Shown in pieces: positions 36,349-43,131 of a stretch of DNA of 43,131 nucleotides; position 1 is the stretch's first letter, and every line of letters begins with the position of its first letter. The translations under genes and the position numbers were made by a program. Location: UHGV virus genome UHGV-0209493; one strand, given 5' to 3'. The stretch is from a virus. The notes under the pieces were generated by a model. The model ran no database searches. It was not told the origin of the DNA and saw nothing but the letters and a program-made list of their open reading frames with translations.

Positions 36349-36575
36349 GTTTCCACGCTTCCTTTCCATTTCTCCCGGGCCGCGTCCTCCGCCGCCCGGA
36401 TGCTCTCCCCTGTGCCCTCCGCCCTGTGCCCGCAGTCGTAGCAGTGCACCAGGGCGATCATGCTGGTCAGATAGTTCTCCGTCAGCCCCACCCGCCGGCT
36501 GCCGCAGCAGGGGCAGGGCCCCGCCGCCTCCCAGTAAATGCTGGGATGCGCCGCCTGCTTAAAGGGGGAGGTCAT
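36345..36575 (-). CDS. Lar-like zinc-ribbon protein
   Basis: PCPCCGS...HCYDCG...AREKW. Confidence 0.6.
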   Translation of the reverse strand: MTSPFKQAAHPSIYWEAAGPCPCCGSRRVGLTENYLTSMIALVHCYDCGHRAEGTGESIRAAEDAAREKWKGSVET

Positions 36576-36894
36576 CGTAATCTGTCGCCGGCGCCCCCAG
36601 AAATTTCACCGCGTTGGCCTTCAAATCCATGCAGGCCATGGGCTCCCCGTTGCGGCTCATGTAGGCATGGCAGGTCACGTCCCCCACCACCGCCGCGCTC
36701 CATCCCTTTTTCAGGTGCTTAAAGCAGCTTTCCGCCAGCTTCCGCCACGCCGTCACCCGGAAATAGTCCGTCCGCTTCCGGTTTTCCCCCAAGAAGGTGT
36801 CGCAGGCCACCGTGAAATTGCACACCGCCTTGCCGTCCGCCTCCCGCAGCTCCGGGTCTGCCGTCAGGTTCCCAATGATCTCCACATTCTGCAT
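36559..36894 (-). CDS. ssb: Single-stranded DNA-binding protein
   Basis: IGNLTADPELR, TDYFRVTAWRKLAE, acidic tail DDLPL. Confidence 0.92.
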   Translation of the reverse strand: MQNVEIIGNLTADPELREADGKAVCNFTVACDTFLGENRKRTDYFRVTAWRKLAESCFKHLKKGWSAAVVGDVTCHAYMSRNGEPMACMDLKANAVKFLGAPATDYDDLPL

Positions 36895-36898
36895 TTTG

Positions 36899-37135
36899 TC
36901 ATTCCTCCTCGTAGGTATCCAGGTTCGCCCTGTAAATTTCGCAGTATTTGTAATTGGCGCAGCACCAGTTTGTATAGTGCCGCGCCTGGCCCTTGGCGCT
37001 GCGGAAATTGATCCGCAGGCAGCTTCCGGGGATGGGGCTTTCGCAGCCGATGCTTTCCCTTGTATGGTTGCGAAAAAAAGGGCAGGCCGCTTCCCGGTCT
37101 CCCAATTTCCCCCCATCCTTGCGCATGCCCGTCAT
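36899..37135 (-). CDS. Small Cys-rich (Zn-binding) protein, candidate late activator
   Basis: CPFF...IGCE...WCC...YKYCEIY; function is inference only. Confidence 0.6.
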   Translation of the reverse strand: MTGMRKDGGKLGDREAACPFFRNHTRESIGCESPIPGSCLRINFRSAKGQARHYTNWCCANYKYCEIYRANLDTYEEE

Positions 37136-37236
37136 CTCCTGTCTTCCCGCAGCTTCTTTTCAGCAGCTCCGCACGTTCCGCACCGATTGCGGCCCGCGCC
37201 ACTTGCTGCACGTCTCTTGTCGGCCCTCCGCCTTCG

Positions 37237-37333
37237 CGCCCCGCGCTTTTGCCTCCCGGCAAGCGCGGGTTTCGCGCCTACGGAGCCCTTGGGGCTGTCC
37301 TCGGCTCTCAGCCTCCCTTCGCTCGGCGCTTTT
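37237..37333. repeat. 97-bp direct repeat, copy 1
   Basis: Matches 37861-37957 with one substitution. Confidence 0.95.
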
Positions 37334-37493
37334 TGCTTCGCGTCGGCTTCGGAAGAAAAGGGGCTCTTTGACGGATTCCTCCGCAGAACCCCGGCCATGC
37401 CCAGAGGTTGAAGGCATGCGCCTGGCCTTGTAGGCCGTTCCCAAGGGAGAAAGAAAGCATCCCGCCGCGCGGCTTCCACTCCGCGCGGCTGCA

Positions 37494-37560
37494 TCGGCCG
37501 GGAGGGATTGGCACCCTCAGCATGGGGTAATCAGCCCACGCCGCCCGCTTGGCCCGGCCG
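37494..37560 (-). ncRNA. Degenerate tRNA-like cloverleaf
   Basis: CGGCCGG/CCGGCCG acceptor, GCC/GGC D-like arm, GTGGG-CTGATTAC-CCCAT anticodon-like arm, GAGGG-TGCCAAT-CCCTC T-like arm. Confidence 0.5.
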
Positions 37561-37860
37561 GTAAGGCCGCCCGAAGGCGGCCCGGTGTGTCCTTTGAGGT
37601 GTGAAAATGTGCTTCGTAATGTGGTGGTGATTTATCCCATGAGGTTTTCAGATTTCCGGCAGCCGAGTGATTCGGGCCCATCTGCCGTGATCTTGGTTTG
37701 TGTTTGCTAATACTACTAACTACTACATATCCTACGTTGACCCGTTCGGGCTTTCGCCCGCCGCAAGGCTTCCCCGGGCCGCCGCCCTTCATCGACGGCA
37801 GCGCGGCTCCCCCTCACGGCTCATTTTTTCCGCTACAGCATCCGCAGCACCTCTCTTTTA

Positions 37861-37957
37861 CGCCCCGCGCTTTTGCCTCCCGGCAAGCGCGGGTTTCGCG
37901 CCTGCGGAGCCCTTGGGGCTGTCCTCGGCTCTCAGCCTCCCTTCGCTCGGCGCTTTT
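37861..37957. repeat. 97-bp direct repeat, copy 2
   Basis: Matches 37237-37333. Confidence 0.95.
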
Positions 37958-37992
37958 CGGTCGGTCGTGCTTGCCTGCATGCGCATTCGCGC

Positions 37993-38068
37993 TGGTCCTG
38001 CCGGCTGGATTCGAACCAGCACCCCTCCGCTTATGAGGCGGCTGCGCTCACCATTGCGCCACAGCAGG
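37993..38068 (-). tRNA. tRNA with CAT anticodon (elongator Met or Ile2)
   Basis: 76-nt cloverleaf: CCTGCTG/CGGCAGG, GCGC D stem, CT-CAT-AA loop, GCTGG-TTCGAAT-CCAGC, encoded ACCA. Confidence 0.9.
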
Positions 38069-38084
38069 ATGCTTCCCCCGGCCC

Positions 38085-38312
38085 TTATTTTCGCCAGCCG
38101 TGGGGCATGTCATAGGCCTGATACCGCAGGTTCCGGTCAAAGGCGCTTGCCATTTTCCCCGCGCAGGCCTTCGCCCGGGCCTCGTAGGTCGCCGTCCGGT
38201 CCGCCTGAAAGGCCGCGTATTTCTCGCAGCCCTGCCGGCAGGAGATGGCCCGCCCGTCCTGGGTAAATCGCAGCGTCTTGTCCGCGCCGCAGTCCTTGCA
38301 TGGGGATTTCAT
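38085..38312 (-). CDS. Small Cys-containing hypothetical protein
   Basis: SPCKDC...CRQGCEKY; RBS present. Confidence 0.7.
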   Translation of the reverse strand: MKSPCKDCGADKTLRFTQDGRAISCRQGCEKYAAFQADRTATYEARAKACAGKMASAFDRNLRYQAYDMPHGWRK

Positions 38313-38318
38313 CCTGCC

Positions 38319-38456
38319 TCACCTCCCCGCGTAATACCGGGCCCGGATAAAGGCCCATTGCCGCCTCTCCCGGGCCTTCTCCCCGGCCCGCCGCAGCCCC
38401 TCCACCAGGGCCGCAGGCAGCAGAATCGCCAGCAGCACCGCCACCGCGCAGATCAT
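38319..38456 (-). CDS. 45-aa membrane peptide
   Basis: Not in ORF track; MICAVAVLLAILLPAALVE..., ATGA-coupled. Confidence 0.55.
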   Translation of the reverse strand: MICAVAVLLAILLPAALVEGLRRAGEKARERRQWAFIRARYYAGR

Positions 38457-38614
38457 CCCTCCGCCCCCTCTCCCATGGCCCGCCGGATGAACCCCCACGC
38501 CCGATGGGAAAACCGGCGAAATGCCCAGCTGTACGCCTGATCGCAGCCCACGCCGCCATAGGCCACCGTCACCCGGTATCGCCCGTTTTCCTTCACAATC
38601 AGGATTTTCCGCAT
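38453..38614 (-). CDS. 53-aa hypothetical protein
   Basis: Not in ORF track; MRKILIVKENGRYRVTVAY..., overlaps both neighbours. Confidence 0.55.
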   Translation of the reverse strand: MRKILIVKENGRYRVTVAYGGVGCDQAYSWAFRRFSHRAWGFIRRAMGEGAEG

Positions 38615-38874
38615 TCTTCCCACCCCTTAAATTCCTTCAGCGGCGGGGCCGGGGCCTTGCCGTCCCATTCCCCCCGTTCAATCATCCGCATGTAGTCCCG
38701 GTTCACAATCTCCTGGGCCACCTGCCGGGCGTTTTCCAGCCGCCGGGCCCGCTCCTCCGGGCTGATGCCCAGGTATGCGTCGTTGCGGATCAGCACCCGC
38801 ACCCCCGCCGCCCGCATCTCCATCACCACGCCCTTGTCCGTCCGCTCAAGGTTCCGGCTGATAATCTCCGGCAT
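38599..38874 (-). CDS. Hypothetical early protein
   Basis: MPEIISRN...GVRVLIRNDAY...SPEE; purine-rich RBS. Confidence 0.65.
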   Translation of the reverse strand: MPEIISRNLERTDKGVVMEMRAAGVRVLIRNDAYLGISPEERARRLENARQVAQEIVNRDYMRMIERGEWDGKAPAPPLKEFKGWEECGKS

Positions 38875-38948
38875 GCTTCCCCCCACCCTTCCAGCTCCAC
38901 ACGCGCGGCATGCGCCCCGCCTTCGGAAGCCTCCGCCTCGTTTCCACT

Positions 38949-39206
38949 TTATGCCCGGTTCTCCGCCATATACCGGGCCACGAAAGCCCTGGTTTCCGGG
39001 CTGGCCGCCGCCAGCTTCCGCTCCAGGGTGGCTTTCATCTCCGGCGTCCACGCGCTTCTGCCTTCCGGCAAGCGCGTCCCTTGGCGCTCCATCGTCTCTG
39101 CCTTCCGCTGCCCCTTTGCGGCAGCTTCAGAAAGTCTTTCCTGCGGCGCCACCCGCCGGGGCATGTCCCCCTCCTGCGCGTCCTCCAGATAGGCAATCCG
39201 GCTCAT
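38949..39206 (-). CDS. Hypothetical early protein
   Basis: 85-aa ORF directly after the first early gene. Confidence 0.6.
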   Translation of the reverse strand: MSRIAYLEDAQEGDMPRRVAPQERLSEAAAKGQRKAETMERQGTRLPEGRSAWTPEMKATLERKLAAASPETRAFVARYMAENRA

Positions 39207-39209
39207 CCC

Positions 39210-39344
39210 TCACGCCTCCTGTTTCTTTTCCGCGTCCTGCTTCTGCATGCTCAGCCCGGCCACCACGCCGGTGATAAAGGCTTTCTTGTTCTCGTCCAGC
39301 GCTGCAATCTCCGCCAGCAGCTTGGCCTTGTCTTCTACGCTCAT
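39210..39344 (-). CDS. 44-aa first early gene (Cro position)
   Basis: Not in ORF track; MSVEDKAKLLAEIAALDENKKAFITGVVAGL..., GAGG RBS, divergent from repressor. Confidence 0.65.
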   Translation of the reverse strand: MSVEDKAKLLAEIAALDENKKAFITGVVAGLSMQKQDAEKKQEA

Positions 39345-39396
39345 GGTATCGCCTCATTTCTCGTACTTTCTTCGGCTTGTTGCTTACTACGTTTGC

Positions 39397-39473
39397 ATAT
39401 TATCATACTCAATACGGTTTGTCAATACATTTTTTATATTTTTCTTGACTTAGTTAGTTTTTTGCTGTATACT
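39397..39473. promoter_or_regulatory. Divergent lytic/lysogenic promoters
   Basis: Minus strand TTGACA (39420-25)-17-TAATAT; plus strand TTGACT (39445-50)-17-TATACT. Confidence 0.8.
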
Positions 39474-39492
39474 TGCCGCAGGAGGTGAAGCT

Positions 39493-39861
39493 ATGGAACT
39501 GTGTGAACGGATTAAGGCTGTTCGCAAAAGCTTAGGATTGACGCAAAGAGAATTTGGAAGTGCGATCGGGGTTTCTGATGCTGCTGTTGCGCATCTCGAA
39601 TCCGGGCGCAACAACCCCGCCCCAAGAACCTTGGAGCTGATCTGCACCAAATTCAACGTGAATCCCGAATGGCTCAAGGATGGAGAGGATGTGCCCATGT
39701 TCCTCCAGCCGGGGGATGATGATGCGGAGCTGGTGGACCATATCATGGCCGGGGAGGATGAATTTCGCAAATCCGTCTTTCGGGCCTTCGCCCGCATGGG
39801 CGATCAGGAATGGCAGCTGCTTCGGAAAATCGTGGATGACATTAAAAAGGCGGACCGTTGA
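39493..39861 (+). CDS. CI-like XRE repressor
   Basis: RIKAVRKSLGLTQREFG...ESGRNNP...FNVNPEWLKDGE; GGAGGTG RBS. Confidence 0.9.
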   Translation: MELCERIKAVRKSLGLTQREFGSAIGVSDAAVAHLESGRNNPAPRTLELICTKFNVNPEWLKDGEDVPMFLQPGDDDAELVDHIMAGEDEFRKSVFRAFARMGDQEWQLLRKIVDDIKKADR

Positions 39862-39878
39862 TCCCGGCCCGCCTTTTC

Positions 39879-40001
39879 TCATGCCTGTCTGTAAATGATG
39901 CATAGCAGGAAGTATACCCTGCGCAGAATCGCCCCGTTCTTCCTCACCTGCTCGTCCGTCAGCTTCTCCAAAATCCGCGCCACCTGTTCCTTCATCTCCA
40001 T
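39879..40001 (-). CDS. Small hypothetical protein convergent with repressor
   Basis: MEMKEQVARILEKL..., GGAAGGAAG RBS. Confidence 0.5.
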   Translation of the reverse strand: MEMKEQVARILEKLTDEQVRKNGAILRRVYFLLCIIYRQA

Positions 40002-40108
40002 CTCGCTTCCTTCCTTGCCAATCTGGTGCCAGATTAGGCATTTCATTTTTGGTATATCCATGTTACAATATATATATTATCAATTGCATATCGATAGGAG
40101 GTTTTCTT

Positions 40109-40276
40109 ATGCCCCGTTGGCTCAAGCTGATTCTCGCCGGTCTCCTTGCTTTCCTCATCACCGTCGCTCTCAACGCCTTCATCCCGGCCCTGAATAAGCC
40201 CTATGTGCGGGAGGCTGTTCTTGTGGTCCTGTTCTTCCTGTTCCGCAGCCTGTTCAAGGCCGGAAAATATGATTGA
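40109..40276 (+). CDS. Small two-TM membrane protein
   Basis: AGGAGG RBS; MPRWLKLILAGLLAFLITV... Confidence 0.7.
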   Translation: MPRWLKLILAGLLAFLITVALNAFIPALNKPYVREAVLVVLFFLFRSLFKAGKYD

Positions 40277-40291
40277 TCAGGAGGGTCCTTT

Positions 40292-40810
40292 ATGCCGTTT
40301 ATTTCCTGGGTTTCCTTCATTCTTCTCGCCGCTTCCCTTGCCGTCCTGTATTTCTCCGGCTCCCTTGTTTCCAATTCCTTCGGCCTTGATGATCTTCCCC
40401 CGCAATCTAATTTTAATAAAAACAGGGCCGCTGTCTGTGCTATCATTGGCTGCGCCCTTCCATTCGTATCCGTTTTCTTTGCGCATTTTTCTTCATCCCA
40501 ATGGCTTCTCTCCTGTGGCGTTTTCGTGCTTCTTTCGTCGTTCTTCGTTTCCAAAAGCTGTTTATCGTATGATAGCTTTCTTTATTTCTCCTTTGAAGAT
40601 GGCGCTGTTTGTCTCGCCTATATCCTTGCGCTTCTTTCTTTCGCGCTCATCCGCGGCGATCAGCTTTCTCCGTTCTTTCTTTTTCCGGCGTTTTTCCTTT
40701 TCGTCATGCTGATCTATGCCCTGTATAAAAAAATCCTGTTTCTTCGAACGCTCTGCGCCCAATTGTATAATCGCATCAGCGTTTTGGAGGGAAAAATGTC
40801 TCGTCAATAA
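40292..40810 (+). CDS. Multi-pass membrane protein (lysogeny module)
   Basis: About five hydrophobic segments, low GC, AGGAGG RBS. Confidence 0.7.
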   Translation: MPFISWVSFILLAASLAVLYFSGSLVSNSFGLDDLPPQSNFNKNRAAVCAIIGCALPFVSVFFAHFSSSQWLLSCGVFVLLSSFFVSKSCLSYDSFLYFSFEDGAVCLAYILALLSFALIRGDQLSPFFLFPAFFLFVMLIYALYKKILFLRTLCAQLYNRISVLEGKMSRQ

Positions 40811-41060
40811 ATTTGCTCCCCATTCTCGCCCCCTTATACCAGATGGTAGGCCTTGGCCGTCTTTGGCTGTCCGGGCGTTTTTGTTTCGTGTTTGTATTGG
40901 CCATGGTGTTTTCCTCCCGTTTTGTCCATCGTTAGTTTTAGCATGCCATACCCCGCCACGTTTGGCAAGCCTCACTTATGGGATTTCGACGCCGTTCGCG
41001 GGATTCTCCCTTTTTTGCAGCCCTGTTTCCTCCCACTTGCCAGAAAGGAGTGTTGCCCTC

Positions 41061-41576
41061 TTGTCGTCCTGCAATAAAGCCACCATTGCCGCCTATCTCA
41101 ATGCCCGGGTCCATGAGAAGGGCTGGACGTGCCTGGAGCTCTCCCGCCGCTCCGGCGTGCCCCAGCAAACCGTCTCCCGCCTTCTGAACGCCCAGACGGA
41201 TAATCCCCAGTTTATCAGCGTCTGCCAGCTGGTGGCGGCCCTGGGCGGCTCTCTGGATGCAATGGCCGGCATTTCCCCGCCTGCGCCCGCCCAGCAGGTG
41301 CCGCCCCTGGCGCAGGATACCATTGACCGGCAGGATCGCTCCATCTCGTATCTTCGCGCTCAGGTTTCCGCGCTTCAGGCGTCCGCCGCCGAAAAGGAGC
41401 AGCTGATTGCCCGCCAGCGCCGGGCCATCTCCCACCGCAATTTTTTTATTGGCGCCATGGCCTTCCTGCTGGGTGTTTTTGTCACCTGGGATCTGATGGA
41501 TCCCCGCTATGGCTTTTTGTATCGTGTGCTGTGCATCCAGCATGAGCAAAGCGCGCTTTTGCTGCTGAAGGGGTGA
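41061..41576 (+). CDS. XRE-HTH protein with coiled coil and C-terminal TM helix
   Basis: WTCLELSRRSGVPQQTVSRLLNAQTDNP HTH; FFIGAMAFLLGVFVTW TM; TTG start after AAAGGAG. Confidence 0.75.
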   Translation: MSSCNKATIAAYLNARVHEKGWTCLELSRRSGVPQQTVSRLLNAQTDNPQFISVCQLVAALGGSLDAMAGISPPAPAQQVPPLAQDTIDRQDRSISYLRAQVSALQASAAEKEQLIARQRRAISHRNFFIGAMAFLLGVFVTWDLMDPRYGFLYRVLCIQHEQSALLLLKG

Positions 41577-41580
41577 TTGT

Positions 41581-43113
41581 ATGGCTTATTGTATGTATCT
41601 GCGCAAATCCCGGCAGGATCTGGAGGCGGAAGCCCACGGCGAGGGGGAAACCCTGCTGCGCCATGAAAAAATGCTGGTGGAAATGGCCGGGCGGATGGGG
41701 CTGGATGTGGCCCCGGATGGCATTTACCGGGAGGTCGTCTCCGGGGATACCATTGCCGCCCGGCCCGAGATTCAGCGCCTGCTCCAGGATGTGCAGGATG
41801 GCAAATGGCAGGGCTGCCTGGTCACGGAAATTTCCCGCCTTGCCCGGGGCGATTCCATCGATCAGGGCATCGTTATGCAAACGTTCAAATATTCCCGGGC
41901 CGTCATCGTGGTCTATCCCGGGCAGATTTATAATCCCCAAAACGATTTTGACGAAACCGCCCTGGAAATGTCCCTGTTTTTGTCCCGGCAGGAGTATAAA
42001 ATGATGCGCCGCCGCATGCAGGCAGGCCGGGCCGCCTCCGTGCGCGAGGGGCATTATGTGGGCGGCAAGCGCCCCTACGGCTATCAGGTGGTAAAGATCA
42101 AGGGCAATAAGGGATACACCCTCCAGCAGATCCCCGAGGAGGCCCGCATCGTGCGCCAGGCCTTTTCCTGGTATCTGTATGATGGTCTGGGAGCGACCGC
42201 CATTGCCAAGCGCCTGAACGCCATGGGCAGCCGCACTTATAACGGCTGCCTCTGGGATGCAGGCAATGTCCGCCATATGCTGTTCCTGCCGGTTTATGCC
42301 GGCTTTGTGCAGTGGTATAAGCGGGAGGAGCGCCCCGCCATTATTGATGGCCGCAAAATCAAAACGCGCCCCTTTTCGGAGCGCTATATTCTGGCGAAAG
42401 GCCTGCATGAGCCCATCGTCACCGAGGAAGAATTTCAGCGCGTGCGCCAGATCGCCGAAAGCAATCGCTGCCGGCCCGTTGCCCAGCGCTATGCCATCCA
42501 AACGCCCCTGGCCGGGCTGATCAAATGCAGCTTTTGCGGCAAGGCTATGATTCGCCACACCAGCGCCATGGGCGTTTTCTGCTCCTGCCGCACGCCGGGC
42601 TGTCCCTGCTCCTCCGCCCCCTATGATGTGGTCATTTCCGCCGTGCTGGATGCGCTGCGCGGCTGGGTGCTGTCCTTCGGCGATAGTCCCGCGCCCGCTC
42701 CCCGTCCCGCCGCCTCCCCGGTGGATGACGCTGTGGCCATTGCCCAAAATGCAGCCGACGCGGCCCGCCATCAGCTGGACGTGGCCAAGAACATGCTGGA
42801 ATCCGAGGTTTACTCCATCGAGGAATATCTTGAGCGCAAGCGCGTTTTAACGGAAAAAATCGCATCCGCCGAGGCCGAGGCCTCCAGCCTCCGTTCCAAA
42901 GCCTCCGCCATGTCCACCGAGGACGCTATCCGCGCCATCCTGCCTCAGGTTCGCGCCGTTCTGGAGGCCTGGCCCCACACCTCCAGCCCCCAGGAGCAGA
43001 ACGTCCTCCTCCGCTCCGTCCTCTCCCGTATCGACTATACCAAAACCCACGTCTGCAACCGTTATGAAAACTCCCGTGATTTCCTCACCATTTCTCTTTA
43101 TCCTTTACTGTAA
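41581..43113 (+). CDS. Large serine recombinase (integrase)
   Basis: YLRKS catalytic Ser, SRLARGD, PYGY, HEPIV, zinc ribbon CSFCG...C, coiled coil. Confidence 0.95.
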   Translation: MAYCMYLRKSRQDLEAEAHGEGETLLRHEKMLVEMAGRMGLDVAPDGIYREVVSGDTIAARPEIQRLLQDVQDGKWQGCLVTEISRLARGDSIDQGIVMQTFKYSRAVIVVYPGQIYNPQNDFDETALEMSLFLSRQEYKMMRRRMQAGRAASVREGHYVGGKRPYGYQVVKIKGNKGYTLQQIPEEARIVRQAFSWYLYDGLGATAIAKRLNAMGSRTYNGCLWDAGNVRHMLFLPVYAGFVQWYKREERPAIIDGRKIKTRPFSERYILAKGLHEPIVTEEEFQRVRQIAESNRCRPVAQRYAIQTPLAGLIKCSFCGKAMIRHTSAMGVFCSCRTPGCPCSSAPYDVVISAVLDALRGWVLSFGDSPAPAPRPAASPVDDAVAIAQNAADAARHQLDVAKNMLESEVYSIEEYLERKRVLTEKIASAEAEASSLRSKASAMSTEDAIRAILPQVRAVLEAWPHTSSPQEQNVLLRSVLSRIDYTKTHVCNRYENSRDFLTISLYPLL

Positions 43114-43131
43114 CCTTCGTGACAATAATGA
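43104..43131 (+). other. attP half-site (window-end arm) plus central GA dinucleotide
   Basis: TTTACTGTAACCTTCGTGACAATAAT-GA; inverted counterpart of 1-26; overlaps the integrase stop codon. Confidence 0.8.

Larger units (their letters stand above)
1..43131. mobile_element. Complete temperate (pro)phage genome, podovirus-like, linearised at attP
   Basis: Integrase, repressor, terminase, portal, capsid, nozzle, fibre and lysis modules all present; no tape measure or sheath; no host genes; window ends form inverted attP arms. Confidence 0.93.

Noticed and set aside
37132..37792. ORFs 37132-37494 and 37517-37792
   Set aside because: They overlap repeats and tRNA-like hairpins, with low-complexity translations and no clear RBS.
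37237..37957. 97-bp repeat pair as a DGR TR/VR pair
   Set aside because: Only one mismatch, neither copy is at the 3' end of a credible gene, and it has no similarity to the VR at 19426-19560.

Overview
The window looks like one complete ~43.1 kb temperate podovirus-type phage of a GC-rich Clostridia-like host (host is inference), opened exactly at its attP crossover. The first 26 nt and 43104-43129 are imperfect inverted arms around a terminal GA, next to a large serine integrase. Reading right to left, the modules are: integrase/immunity; an early region (tRNA-CAT, SSB, PAPS-reductase-like protein, RusA, two methyltransferase-like genes, Lar-like proteins, HUH rolling-circle Rep); a + strand three-gene moron; packaging and head genes; adaptor, DGR-type receptor-binding and nozzle genes; a 3138-aa polyvalent ejection protein; tail fibres; lysis; and a LuxR/GerE-HTH-led cargo cassette. 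The most notable non-obvious signals are: (1) a near-consensus antisense sigma-A promoter and ~80-nt structured RNA hidden at the end of a swappable putative RNase module in the giant virion protein; (2) a DGR-style variable region with cis hairpin but no RT or template repeat in the genome; (3) four exactly spaced GTGGGGCTCTAA-N15-extended -10 promoters, one in front of the Rep, three preceded by a covarying hairpin repeat family; (4) a tRNA, degenerate tRNA and 97-bp repeat locus. All protein calls come from motif recognition by eye, not from database searches.
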